Notes: a model not told the origin generated them from the letters alone. Numbered from the stretch's first letter, positions 1 to 12,707 are shown. The stretch: DNA of 64,000 nt from Octopus bimaculoides (GCF_001194135.2 NC_068987.1:74177109-74241108), one strand, 5' to 3'. Translations and numbers: made by a program.

Positions 1-605
1 ATTCCTCTCATACTTAAATTCTTCTAATTCTATTGTACTTTCACTCACCTTTCTTTCCAGCTCCACACCAGTTGCTTCCACCCACTTTTGTATAATGCAA
101 GCAACCATGTATCTCCTCTACAGAAAGAAACCTGGTCCAGCCCTTCCTTTCATACTTTGACCTTTTATCACCAAGCATGCATAAAGCTGCCTCCCTCTCT
201 AGTGTAGTGCCATTCAGCCAAAAGGGATCTTATTCTTGCAAGCTAAATGGCAGCCCTACTAATGGAAAAGGCACCTTTTCCATTAGTGTAAAGTTGTTGG
301 CATTAAGAAGGGCATCTAACCATAGACACTATGCCAAAGCAGACAATGGAGCATAATGCAGTCCTCCTGTCAGATCCCATCAATCTGTGTAACCCTAGCC
401 AGCATGGCAGGTGGAGGTTAGGAGGAGGAGAAAATGGCAGCAGCGGTGGCAACAGCAGTGACAGTGGCAGCAGCAATGACAACAATCCTCTATTTTTACT
501 TTCTCATCTTCTCTTTCTCTCCTCATCCCCCGCTCCTGTTCCCACCTCTAGCTCACCCTCAATACCCAGTAAGCCCTAAAACACAAAAGCCACAATTCAT
601 CTTAC

Positions 606-720
606 CATGAACATCGATGACAATCAATGCTCCAAGTGTTATACGAGCTCCACTGCTTAGTTTTGATCGAACAAGTTCCACTATTTCATCAATCTGGTCA
701 TTACTTTTCCTGAGGTAGTC
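606..720 (-). CDS. DNAH3: Dynein HC exon (DYLRKSNDQIDEIVELVRSKLSSGARITLGALIVIDVH)
   Basis: Acceptor ttgcag, donor gtaag; 115 nt, phase 0 to 1; conserved LGALIVIDVH motif. Confidence 0.95.
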
Positions 721-959
721 CTGCAAATAAAACAAGTGACAAGTTCACATAGAGACCGTAACAATGTTAACCATAAAGCACTACCTAGCAATTGTAAAAA
801 AAATACTTTGTTTATTTTATAGACGTACTGAAGGATGACCTCAGGATGCTGAACCTTTCAGACGAGACAACAAAGGATTGAGATACCTGGTGCCTTGTTG
901 TTCTCAAGAAGACGTGTACTCCTCAGAAGAAATGTTAAGACAGCTTCATCTGGTGGAAA

Positions 960-1178
960 GGATTGGCCTGCAAGAGTCTTGTGCTGGTGCCATGTAAAAA
1001 AACACTTGTGTCAGTGCCATGTAAAAGCACCTTGCACACTCTGTAAAGTGGTTGGCATTTGGAAAGGCATCCAGCTGTAGAAACCATGCCACAACAGACT
1101 GGAACCTGGAGTTGCTCTCCAGCTAGCCAGCTCTGGTCAAACTGTCCAATCCATGTCAGCATGAAAAATGGACATTAA

Positions 1179-1224
<46 letters not shown>
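960..1224 (+). mobile_element. RTE-type LINE 3' end (family B) with (GAT)n tail
   Basis: gaaaggcatccagctgtagaaacc...catgaaaaatggacattaaat followed by (gat)n; same motif recurs across the window. Confidence 0.75.
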
Positions 1225-1225
<1 letters not shown>

Positions 1226-1435
1226 TATAAATGGCCACTTGAAACTATTGTGCAATATAACTGCAGTATGGGAGATATATATAAATTTACTTCTGAAATT
1301 CTTTTAATTTGGAGGAATGGGTGAGCTGTATGGTGTTCACTGACCTTCCATGACTGGTGAGGTTGATTTGACATGGTTCATATTCTTCTTTGACAGCTGC
1401 CAAAACACATGGGCTGGGAGTGAATTTTAAAGGAC

Positions 1436-2527
1436 TGATGATATCTTTCGAGCGAGTTCGTTGCCAGTGCCCCTGGACTGGCTCTTGTGCGGGTGACACA
1501 TGAAATGTTTCGAGCAGGATCGTTTGCCAGTGCCCCCGGACTGGCTCATGTGCGGGCGACACATGAAATCTTTCGAGCGGGATCGTTGCCAGTGCCCCTG
1601 GACTGGCTCATGTGCGGGCGACACATGATATCTTTCGTGCGAGATCGTTGCCAGTGCCCCTGGACTGGCTCTTGTGCGGGTGACACATGAGGTTTTTTCG
1701 AGNNNNNNNNNNNNNNNNNNNNNNNNNNNNNNNNNNNNNNNNNNNNNNNNNNNNNNNNNNNNNNNNNNNNNNNNNNNNNNNNNNNNNNNNNNNNNNNNNN
1801 NNNNNNNNNNNNNNNNNNNNNNNNNNNNNNNNNNNNNNNNNNNNNNNNNNNNNNNNNNNNNNNNNNNNNNNNNNNNNNNNNNNNNNNNNNNNNNNNNNNN
1901 NNNNNNNNNNNNNNNNNNNNNNNNNNNNNNNNNNNNNNNNNNNNNNNNNNNNNNNNNNNNNNNNNNNNNNNNNNNNNNNNNNNNNNNNNNNNNNNNNNNN
2001 NNNNNNNNNNNNNNNNNNNNNNNNNNNNNNNNNNNNNNNNNNNNNNNNNNNNNNNNNNNNNNNNNNNNNNNNNNNNNNNNNNNNNNNNNNNNNNNNNNNN
2101 NNNNNNNNNNNNNNNNNNNNNNNNNNNNNNNNNNNNNNNNNNNNNNNNNNNNNNNNNNNNNNNNNNNNNNNNNNNNNNNNNNNNNNNNNNNNNNNNNNNN
2201 NNNNNNNNNNNNNNNNNNNNNNNNNNNNNNNNNNNNNNNNNNNNNNNNNNNNNNNNNNNNNNNNNNNNNNNNNNNNNNNNNNNNNNNNNNNNNNNNNNNN
2301 NNNNNNNNNNNNNNNNNNNNNNNNNNNNNNNNNNNNNNNNNNNNNNCCCACTACACTCTCTGAGTGGTTGGCGTTAGGAAGGGCATCCAGCTGTAGAAAC
2401 TCTGCCAAATTAGATTGGAGCCTGGTGTTGCCATCCGGTTTCACCAGTCCTCAGTCAAATCGTCCAACCCATGCTAGCATGGAAGGCGGACGTTAAACGA
2501 TGATGATGATGATGATGATGATGATGT
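1436..2527 (+). mobile_element. Young RTE-type LINE 3' region (family B), gap-interrupted
   Basis: 3' end 2348-2527 is near-identical to the reverse complement of 19572-19745, which adjoins an RTE ORF fragment. Confidence 0.8.
1440..1702 (+). repeat. ~62-bp tandem minisatellite (4 units plus a partial unit), running into a gap
   Basis: Units start at 1440, 1502, 1565, 1627, 1689; core gccagtgcccctggactggc. Confidence 0.92.
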
Positions 2528-3281
2528 TGTGGGAAGAAAAGCTTTGCAAAGTGATTAGTGAAAGGCTTGGATGATTTGACATAATATGACAAATGAGAAG
2601 AGTAGGAGGGATAAGTGATTTCAGGTGAGCCTGTGTCTAAGTAGCAGGAAACCAGCTAGCTCCAAAGTACAGGGGCTGCCATTGTATTAGCAGCAGAAAA
2701 AAACAGTGAAGAGATAGCACATCTATGGGCCAGAATCTGAAGTGTGTTGATCAGTGAATTCTTTAAAACTAACTAAAAGTTTAAAGTGACTTAATTACAA
2801 TCTTGAAATACAAGAGGAAGCAACGTTTTCTGAACTTTTTTTGTTTTTTTTTTAATATCAATCTCATATTTAGATCTATTTTTTTACTTGTTTCATTCAT
2901 TGTACTGTAGCCATGCTGGGGCACCTTTGAAGGGATTAGTCAAACAAATCAACTGCAGTACTTATTTTTTACATCTGGTACCCAGCTGCTGAACCACTAG
3001 GTTATGGGAACATGAACAAACACTAATTGTCAAGCATTGATGAGGGTAAACACAAACACAAAGCAACACATGCATATATAATATGACAGGCTTCAACACA
3101 GTTTCCATTAACCAAATTCACTCACAAGACATTGGTTAGCCCAGGGTTACAGTAAAAGACATTTGCCCAAAATGTTATGCAGTGGGAGTGAACCTGAAGC
3201 CACGTAGTTGAGAAACAAACTTTTTAACCACAAAACCACACCAGCACCTACATAAGATGAAAATATAAATTATGTATATTT

Positions 3282-3712
3282 AGGTGCAGTCATGACTGTG
3301 TGGTAAGAAGCTTGCTTCCCACCCACACAGTTCCAAGTTCAATCTCACTTCATGGCACTTTGAACAAGTGTCTTCAACTATAGCCTTGAGCCAACCAAGC
3401 CTTGTGAGTGGATTTGGTAGAAGGAAACTGAAAAAGGAAGCTGTGTATATATGTGTGTGCATGCATATGTGTATGTGTGTGTATGTATCTATGTGTGCGT
3501 CATTATGTTTGTGTTTGTTCCTCCATCACCGTTTGAAAACCAGTGTTGGTGTGTGTTATGTCCCTGTAACATAGTGGTTCAGCAAAATAGTGAGATAGAA
3601 TAATTACTAAGTTTAAGAAATAAGCCTGGGGGTCAAGTTGTTTGACTAAAATCCCTTAAAAGTGGTGCTCCAGCATGGCTGTGGTTAAATGACTGAAACA
3701 AGTAAAAGAAAG
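3282..3712 (+). mobile_element. tRNA-head SINE family A (full length, decayed)
   Basis: A-box-like ctgtgtggtaag, B-box-like aagttcaatc, central (TA/TG)n, tail aaatgactgaaacaagtaaaag. Confidence 0.85.
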
Positions 3713-3947
3713 ACAGTATATTGTAGCTAATCCTGAAGATTGACACACAGTTGTAATCTTAAACACACACCCTCACAACAGCTATATAAACACACACAGT
3801 CAGTCACAAACTCTAATACAAATATTTGTGAAGTCAATGGGCTAAATTGTGTTCTTCATGGTTTTTACCTGTTGTTACTTTGTGCTGTATATTTCTTCCC
3901 TATGTTTACTATTACTACACTAGAAATGCAAAATCTACTTTACTTAC

Positions 3948-4154
3948 CTTGAGTCCATTCTCCTTAGACATGGCATCTGATACCTCTGAAGTCCAGAAAA
4001 TACTGCTGGAACAGATGACCACCTGTCCAGGCCACTCGATCACCCACTTTCGGCGAGCAGTCTCAGGATAAGCCAACAAGGAATCAGATATTACTTCACG
4101 CATACTAGTGATCATGGCAATTTGGACTTCTAATAGCCATTTCTCTACCATGCC
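3948..4154 (-). CDS. DNAH3: Dynein HC exon (GMVEKWLLEV...WPGQVVIC...ENGLK)
   Basis: 207 nt, phase 0 to 0, AG/GT boundaries; matches ORF 3915..4160. Confidence 0.95.
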
Positions 4155-4931
4155 CTGCAATGAATAGATAGGTCAACTGGTTAAATAATGGGGACTTGGA
4201 TATTATAATAGTATGAAGAGAGGACGGATATGTGACACAGCTAACTAACTTTTCACTTGAACTTCCTACTGCTTGTTTACTGATAATTGGATTTCAGAAA
4301 TGTGCTAAAATTCTGGCAAAACCTTATGCATTCACCTGCATGCATAGGTAACATCATGCAGTTACCTGTATGCATTTGTCTTCAATATAAATCCAAATAG
4401 TCACACTAGAAGCAGACTAGAAAAACCTAATAAGCATTTAGAGTAAAATAGTCTCCTCAATCCTAATCTTCCCAAAATACCCAGTTTAAAATTTCTTAAG
4501 AGAAGTCTAATGATACCAACATCAATTTGACTTCAGTTTGATCAATGTTGTGTAACCAAAATAAACTTTCTATACAAAGAACATAGGAATTTTCATTTTA
4601 CACAACTATTTACACCTTTATTTCCATGCCTTACTGAACCTTTAAACAATAACAAAATTCCCACATCAAACCAAAATAAATGTCCTCACCATAACTTTCT
4701 ATAATCCACACTCTACGAAACATACTTTCCTCTTACCATTCTTTATCCTCACTTTCTACACAACTACTTTCCCAATCTGCCTACACTTCATCTAATTCAT
4801 AGATCCACCAACCCAAAGAAAAATTTGCAAAAGACTATACAAAGCCAAAAAGATCTATGTAAAGCTCAGTCTGATGGAAGCAGGCAACCCAAAACTTTGA
4901 AATCACTGTCAACCTTTTCCTTGTAAAAGCT

Positions 4932-4985
4932 AATATATATATATATATATACACACACATACACACACATATATATATATACATA

Positions 4986-5063
<78 letters not shown>

Positions 5064-5135
5064 CACACACATGCATGCACACACACATACACACACACAC
5101 AAACACGCACACATGCACACACACACACACACACA
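4932..5135. repeat. (TA)n/(CA)n compound microsatellite
   Basis: Direct reading; source of YIYI/VCVC pseudo-ORFs. Confidence 0.95.
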
Positions 5136-5737
5136 TAAATATATATAAAACAGGTTTTTGTACAGTTTCCATCAATCAATTAAACACACAAGGCATTATA
5201 CAAGTTGAGGCTACTCATCCAAAGTTGCACACAGAGAGATAGAACTTGAAACCACATGATTACAAAGCAAATTGTATCCACACACCAATACCTGCTTTCC
5301 TGTAACATATATAATAAAAATGTACATGCCTCCAAGAACCTCAAATGATGCTTATAGTTTTACTGACTAAATGCCACTTTCTGAGCATTAAGTGAATTAA
5401 ATACAAATCTTCCCTTGGATATGGCATAGGCCTATCAAAGTCAATATTCCCAGATAATTTGGTTAACTAATTCTGGCAAAAAAAACTGTACAAAAAATAC
5501 TCTATAGTATTTTTATCCCAAGAGGATTGTAAGACTTAGCTTTCGGTTCCATTTTTATGACATTTAGAAGACAAAAATATGCAAATCTCACAAAACATTA
5601 TCTATTGCAGACTCTTTTCAGAAGGTTTTCTGCCTATTCTTAGTATTAACAGTCCTTAACACCACAGCACAGACATCTCAGCTTCAATAATATCAGACAT
5701 CATATTGCCTTATTACCACTGGTTTCTTAACACTTAC

Positions 5738-5939
5738 CTTGGCTTTAGCAGGCTGTATGCTGATTGTGAATGGTACAACTTCTTTCTCAGCAGACACCAT
5801 TCCAACAATCTCCCCATCCTCGGTGAACTCTAGCCTGCTGATGGCCTCGAAACACTTCTTCAGGTGAGGTTGAACTCTTAGTGGATCTTTGGTTTCTGAC
5901 AGAATCTCAAGAAGTTCATCATTTGACAAAAAGAAGAAC
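5738..5939 (-). CDS. DNAH3: Dynein HC exon ([31 protein letters not shown]...AKAK)
   Basis: 202 nt, phase 2 to 0; hallmark linker motif. Confidence 0.97.
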
Positions 5940-6132
5940 CTGACAAATGAAGTTTGGAAAACATTTTAAAATTTGGGGAAATTATATCTTAATATATTAA
6001 TATTAATAACAAACGATAAAGTAAAATGATTATGATTTTCAATTATATGTTTTAGATTAAATTACATTAGATACCTTGAAATAAAAAATCCACAACAGAA
6101 CATCTCAAATTTATTTTAATGCTTATAATCAA

Positions 6133-6290
6133 AGGTGCAGGCATGGCTGTGTGGTTAAGAAATTTGCTTTCCAACTGCATGGCTTCAGATTCAATCTTAC
6201 TGCATGGCACCTTGCACATGTGCCTTCTACTTTAGTCATTCATCAAAGCCTCGTGAGTGGACTTAGAAGATGGAAACAGAAAGAAGTACA
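6133..6290 (+). mobile_element. SINE family A 5' fragment
   Basis: ggtgcaggcatggctgtgtggttaag head. Confidence 0.7.
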
Positions 6291-6414
6291 CAGCACATTG
6301 AACATACTATGATAAAACCCAATAAACCACTGTCCACTTATTTGGATTACAAAAATAAAGCTACATAGCTTTATCATGTATGAGCTTTGCCAAAAACATA
6401 TTTCTTAAATTAAT

Positions 6415-6635
6415 AAACCTTTCTACTATAGGCGCAAAGCCTGAAATTTTGCTGGACGGGGCTAGACAATTTCATCGACCCAAAAAATTGACTGGTCCTT
6501 ATTTTATTAACTCCAAAAGGATGAAAGGCAAAGTTGATCTCAGAGAAGTTTGAACTCAGAATATAGAGCCAAAAATGTTGCTAAGCCTTTCACCAAGAGT
6601 GCAAATGCTAACAATTCTGCCAGCTCACTGCCTTT
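6415..6635 (-). mobile_element. tRNA-head SINE family C (decayed)
   Basis: Reverse complement of gagttcaaa...gactttgcctttcatcctttt...gtcgatg core. Confidence 0.75.
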
Positions 6636-6902
6636 CCAAAGTTAATACTAATAATAATTTGGATAGGTGCAATATCAAAGGTAGTGAATCTGCTGACCTT
6701 GTCACAAGTTGGGAACAATGGCAAAAGTAGACTGACCAGTACACAACATTTCTTTTATGCTGCAGACGAGCTTTTATAGAAATAGATGCTCAGGAAGTAG
6801 AAGTGTAATGAAGTAAGACAGTTACCCTCACTCTATTCATACATATACCAGCCTCACACCATCCGCCAACCATCAACTATGAACCTCTCTGTGTCCACAT
6901 AC

Positions 6903-7165
6903 CTAGGGAAAAACAGGCGTTTCTTCTCCAGGTAGATGTTGAGTCCCTTCTGAATCTCATCAAGGTAGACATTCGCCTCCTTCAATCTGCTAAGCATATT
7001 GTGTTGACTGGTGGCTACAAGACAGTGGGTATTCTTCACAGCTTCTGCTTGGATGTCATGCCAGATTGTATCAACAATGGCGAACTTACGGCTCTCATTA
7101 GGCATCTGTGCAATGATGTCTTCTGAACTGAAGATTGGCTCCAAATATAGCCACGTTGATTGGCA
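6903..7165 (-). CDS. DNAH3: Dynein HC exon (CQSTWLYLEPIFSSEDI...LEKKRLFFP)
   Basis: 263 nt, phase 0 to 2; AG|GT boundaries. Confidence 0.97.
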
Positions 7166-7207
7166 CTGGAATAAAGAAAGATAAGTGTTTGTATATATAT
7201 GTATATA

Positions 7208-7880
7208 CAGGGGTTGGACAAAGTAATGGAAACACCTAGAATCAAAGCATCATAATTTTGAAATATCTATATTACCATCTAAAGCTTGTTTATTTTTATG
7301 TTTTTTTATTTATTATTAGTGTTGCTTAATATGTCTTGCTAAAATTTCTGTTTCTTTCCAAATATCATCAGAAAAAGGTAATTAAAATTCATTAAAATGA
7401 CAGATCTGTCGGACTTTCAAAGAAGTCAAATTTTTGGCGCTCATATGGCAGACATTAGTGTAATGAGAACAGCTGAAATGTTTGGTGTATAAAAAAGTAC
7501 TGTCTTGAAAGTAATGACAGCCTTTGAGAAGGAGGGAAAAACCTTGTCGGAACAAAACTCTGGAAGAAAACCAAAACTTTCAGATAGGGACCGTTAGACT
7601 CTTACACGAATTGTTAGAAAGGACCACATAAGTACAGCTCCCAAAATTACTGCAGAATTTAATGACCACCTTGAGAACCCAATTTCCACAAAAACTGTTC
7701 GCCAGGAGCTGCACAAAGCTGGATTTCATGGGAGGGCTGCAATCAGAAAACCACTACTTTAAAAAACAAATGTTGCAAAGTATTTAGAGTGGAGTAAAAA
7801 CCAACTGAATTGGTCCCTAGAGCAGTAGAAGAATGTTATTTTCTCAGATGAGTCATCCTTTACCATATTTCCACTGAGGT
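7208..7880 (+). mobile_element. Tc1-like DNA transposon, 3'-truncated pseudo-transposase
   Basis: TA|CAGGGTTGGACAAAGTAATGGAAACACC terminus; decayed ORF MTDLSDFQR...GRKPKLSDRD...WS...VIFSDES with stops. Confidence 0.9.
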
Positions 7881-8914
7881 TGTCATGCAGCTTACAAATC
7901 TGCAAAACCAAAGGATGGAGGTTAAAGTATGAAAGAGAAGAGGTTGAGGTAGAGCAAGTACTTGTTGAAGAGGAGCTACATGACTACTCACATTTAAGGG
8001 AGAGAATGAGAATGAATCTGAAATAATTCCAGTGAGACAAACAGTGGGGATAAGGTGTCCAGGCAACACATCAAGGTATGAAGTGAGTGGGGACAGAGAA
8101 GCTAGGAGTTTGTGTAGGTGTGGGTTTGCAAGAGTGTATGGGTGGAAAAGTGGTAGGAAAAATGAGAGAGAGAGAGAGAGAGAGCAATACAGGTACATGG
8201 TATGATAAAGTGAAAAGTCACAGGGTACTGTTGGAATAAAGGCAGAATATATAGTGGGCAAAAAATCACATGGTATAACAAAACTTGAATCACAAAATAC
8301 TTAAGAATAAAGACACATTGTACAATGAAACTAGAGTCACATGCTACAGCAAAATTAGAGACAAGAGGTGTAGTAGTAATATAGACACAGGTACTGTAAA
8401 ACTAAAGACAACAGGTATAATAGAAATACAGGGGACTGTAAGAATACACACAGATAAAACTGTAAAATTACAGAAACAGAGTTCATTAAACCCAGAAGCA
8501 AGTATTCCAATAATCAAAATAGTGTTTCCTTTATACTATGGCTGTCTCAGCTCCATGTCTTAAATTTCACACAAACTTCATGATATATATAATGCACAGT
8601 CAGTAAATAATATGTATTGATTTACCATAAAAGAAGCTTTACTTCCTAATTGGCTCACTCTAACCTATTTTGGTATCTGGTACTGAAGAGAACAAATAAA
8701 ATCAAAATGCAGCTATCAGTCCTGAATATGGTGTTTTAACACATTTTTCTCATCAGCAAGAATTTTTTCTCCGTAACAAACTGCAGTGAAGAAGCCTTTA
8801 CAGGTTCAAATATCTCTCAACTATATTTAAACTGGTCTTAAGTCTGTATACTTTCCTTCACTGCTCTGCACATCTACACATATGCATGCACATGCACAGA
8901 CAGACAGACAGACA

Positions 8915-8964
<50 letters not shown>

Positions 8965-9400
8965 ATATTTTAACCTGCCATGAAATGTCCTGAAAAACAG
9001 TCTGTGATTTTACCTCACAATTACATATATAGGTGTGCATGCATGTGTGTGTGTGTGTGAGAGAGAGAGAATGTGTTTTATATGTGTGTGATGGAAGATG
9101 TATTAATTACATAACTATCATGGATTACGAAGAAGCTGTCAATCAATAGAATACACATCTATTCTCACACTTCTGTTATTCGATCAACACACATACATAC
9201 ACGCATTGTATGTAAGGCCCCTGCCACTTGCATACCAAATAGCAATCCATTGATATTAATACAGAGTGTAGTTTGGCTAGTTATATTAATAAAATAACTA
9301 AGACATGTTACTTGAAGCACAATCACCCAGTTGTCCCATGTACACACCACATACCTGATAACATCATATTAATTTACAGAAGCAACATTCTAGTATTTAC

Positions 9401-9571
9401 CTTCAGCCATTCTTCAATGATGTCAAACATTGATACCAATTTCTCTTCCCATTCAAGCATTTCTGCTTCGAAAGGTTTGATAAATGGTGAGCCTTTCATT
9501 GTCTGTGCCTTGGTAATGTGATCATCTAGCAACATCTGAATTTCATCAAGGCTACACAGAATAGATACTCC
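9401..9571 (-). CDS. DNAH3: Dynein HC exon (GVSILCSLDEIQMLLDDH...GSPFIKPFE...EWLK)
   Basis: 171 nt, phase 0 to 0. Confidence 0.96.
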
Positions 9572-9646
9572 CTGGAAATAAACATAAAATATTAATCTGA
9601 ATTTTAAAGACATGAATAGAGATAAAACCAGTGGCTTTGTTTTTAT

Positions 9647-10544
9647 CAGTGGTCCTCATCTAGGGTGCATTTCACCCTTGAGAGTCCATATAAGATTTCA
9701 TTGTTAAAATTTTACCTGCAATAAATTCGTTTATTCGTTTACTTGTTTCAGTCATTTGACTGTGCCTATGCTGGAGCACCGCTTTAAAGGGTGTTTAGTC
9801 AAAAAAATTGACCCCAAGACTTGTTCTTTATTAGCCTTGTACTTATTCTATCAGTCTCTTTTGTCAAGCCACTAAGTTATGACGATGTAAACACACCAAC
9901 ATCAGTTGTCAAGTGATAGTGGGGGAACAAGCACAGACACAAAGACACACACACACACACATAAATATTTACATACATATATACAATGGGATTCTTTCAG
10001 TTTCCATCTACCAAATCCACTCACATGGCTTTGGTTGGCCTGAAGCTGTAGTAGAATACACTTGCCCAAGGTGCTACGCAGTGGGGCTGAACCCGGAACC
10101 ATGTGGTTGAGAAGCAAGTATTTCTTCATTGCCCACAAGGGGCTAAACACAGGGGAGACAAACAAGGGCAGACAAAGGGATTAAGTCAATTACATCGACT
10201 CCAGGGTGTAACTGGTAGTTAATTTATCGACCCCGAAAGGCAAAGTCGACCTCAGCAGAATTTGAACTCAGAATGTAACGGTAGATGAAATACTGCTAAG
10301 CATTTTGCCCAGTGTGCTAACGTTTCTGCCAGCTCGCCGTTGCTTACAACACAGACTCACTTGCGCCTAATTGGTTATACTTCTACAATGCACAAAATAT
10401 TTTAATGATATTTTATACAATCCTAAAAATATTTAATTCTAAAAATGAAATAGGATTTTTTAAACAACAAATGGCTATGAGGGTCCACTTGAGCAAAATA
10501 AGAATTAGAGGGGTTCATAGGTAAAAAATGGTTGAGAACTACTG
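9647..10544. mobile_element. hAT-type MITE containing nested SINEs
   Basis: TIR cagtggtcctcatct / ggttgagaactactg; 8-bp TSD gtttttat / gtttacat (6 of 8 match). Confidence 0.7.
9737..10368 (-). mobile_element. SINE family A split by a SINE family C insertion (~10120-10342)
   Basis: SINE A head broken after gagaagcaag and resumes at cttacaacacagactcacttgcgcct. Confidence 0.8.
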
Positions 10545-10769
10545 GTTTACATCATGGACTGGACTTGGCTATAAAGCTGAGGTGAAATTGTTGCCAAGCA
10601 AACAAGCAAGTAGAGTTGTTTGGAAACACATCATGACAGTAATACAGTAAGTTTTGTTGGTTGTTTCAAACTGTTTGTATTCCCCACTTGCAATGAACTG
10701 TATGTGTTTCAACATTAAAAATAAAATCTATTTTGACATTATGGTTATATTTCAGAATTTCTCTTTTAT

Positions 10770-11158
10770 TTTCTCTTTTACTTGTTTCAGTCATTTGACT
10801 GCGGCCATGTTAGAGCACCGCCTTTAGTTGAGAAAATCGACCCCAGGACTTATTCTTTGTAAGCCTAGTACTTATTTTATCGGTCTCTTTTTGCCGAACC
10901 GCTAAGTTACGGGGGACGTTAACACACCAGCATCGGTTGTCAAGCGATGGTGTGGGGATAAACACAGACACACAAACACACATACATATATATATACAAC
11001 GGGCTTCTTTCAGTTTCCGTCTACCAAATCCACTCACAAGGCTTTGGTTGGCCCGAGGCTATAGTAGAAGACACTTGCTCAAGGTGCCACGCAGTAGGAA
11101 TGAACCCGGAACCATGTGGCTGGTAAGCAAGCTACTTACCACACAGCCACTCCTGTGC
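10770..11158 (-). mobile_element. SINE family A, young full-length copy
   Basis: All diagnostic segments present, CpGs largely intact. Confidence 0.9.
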
Positions 11159-11659
11159 ATTCATTCTTCACTCATTTATTATTGTTCTTATTTTATCTGA
11201 AAATCTTTCGTCACACATCTGTGATCTCTTCAGTCACCCTTTCCATCCATGTGTATCCTCCTGCTCTGCCTAGTCCATTATAGTTGAATAAAGACTTGCT
11301 GGGACTTAATGTTATTTCAAGGAGTATGCTATGATAATGTGTCATTTAGACAAAAGGATACACATTTTAAAATGAAGGGGGTGTGGGGTAGAGGTCAGTT
11401 AGGACAATTAAACTGATGCCAGTGCAGGACTCAATTATTATTTTATGAACTTTTTAAGGGTGATTGATAAAGTTGACCCTTGCAAGAACTGAACTCAAGA
11501 CATGCAGGAACATAATTAACTGAGAAATAATGTGAACTTCTTACAATGTAAATGGAGATTGATTCCTTATATTTTAGGTGACGACTCACTCATCTACAGA
11601 GGAGGTGGAATGTGGTAGTAGAAAATTAAGTTATCATACCAAAAAAATATGCTACTTAC

Positions 11660-11774
11660 GGTTTCCCTGTAGGGGACCATTTCAAAGTAAACGTCTGCCC
11701 ATTCTGTTTTCATCTTTTTAAGGGCTTTTTCTAAAGAGTATTCCTTGGCTGCTGCTACACCAATCTCCTCCAGT
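11660..11774 (-). CDS. DNAH3: Dynein HC exon (LEEIGVAAAKEYSLEKALKKMKTEW...YRET)
   Basis: 115 nt, phase 2 to 0; too short for the ORF track; acceptor ctcttcag, donor gtaag. Confidence 0.95.
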
Positions 11775-12132
11775 CTGAAGAGGATAAAAGGAAAAGATCA
11801 AAAGATTAAGAAAGGGAGTAGTGTTGAGTAACATTCAAAAACACCTGCCTACCAGCAAGTTATGTATTTAATTATACATAGGGATATTCGGGTTTTATAT
11901 ATTATACACCCATGTCATACATACATATTATACATTAATGTTACAGATCAATATCATACATCCCTACCATACACTCATGTTATAAATCCATTTGTTTTAA
12001 ATTTTTTCATCCATTTTGCTATACTAATATGACTAGCAAGAAATGCTTTTGCAAATGTTGAACTGCTTACACAGAGCAGGTTTTACAGCCACATCATCCA
12101 AACTGACAGGGTGAAACCGAGCTTAGCTGCTA

Positions 12133-12166
<34 letters not shown>

Positions 12167-12615
12167 NNNNNNNNNNNNNNNNNNNNNNNNNNNNNNNNNN
12201 NNNNNNNNNNNNNNNNNNNNNNNNNNNNNNNNNNNNNNNNNNNNNNNNNNNNNNNNNNNNNNNNNNNNNNNNNNNNNNNNNNNNNNNNNNNNNNNNNNNN
12301 NNNNNNNNNNNNNTATATACACAGAGTGTGAAAAAGGAAGAAAGACAGAGCATTATTAATTTAATAGTTTTAATTTGTACCTTCTAATTCTATATAGCTT
12401 TTAGTATATATTTCTTATTTACACATAGGATAATGTAGTCCTAGAAACACTATGACTGAATAAAGAACAGCCATTAATACTGAAACACCACTCATCACAG
12501 GTCTGTTTTATCAGGGATAACAGGTAACTATCAGTACAATTCCACTACACCACAAGCAGCAGTTTACCATTAACACTACATAACTATTATCAGGGGAAAA
12601 CAAAAATGAACTTAC

Positions 12616-12707
12616 TTGCTGAGGTGGTCCGAAAATCCAGTATTAAGCATATCAAATAAGGATGTTTGTGCTGTTGGCTCTACAGGAAAACCTACAACCT
12701 CGCTGAC
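12616..12707 (-). CDS. DNAH3: Dynein HC exon (VSEVVGFPVEPTAQTSLFDMLNTGFSDHLS)
   Basis: 92 nt, phase 0 to 2; fits both neighbours. Confidence 0.92.

Noticed and set aside
1440-1702. CRISPR-like array of palindromic repeats
   Set aside because: Units are tandem near-copies without unique spacers, lie within a eukaryotic LINE 3' UTR, and no cas genes are present.
3282-3360. tRNA genes at SINE heads (also 14826, 54482)
   Set aside because: A/B-box-like motifs are present, but they run straight into SINE bodies and I see no complete cloverleaf.
4835-5242. ORFs with YIYI, VCVC, HTHT or poly-H/S/M runs (also at 12083, 19336-19618, 21787, 34663)
   Set aside because: Translations of (TA)n, (TG)n and (CAT)n microsatellites.
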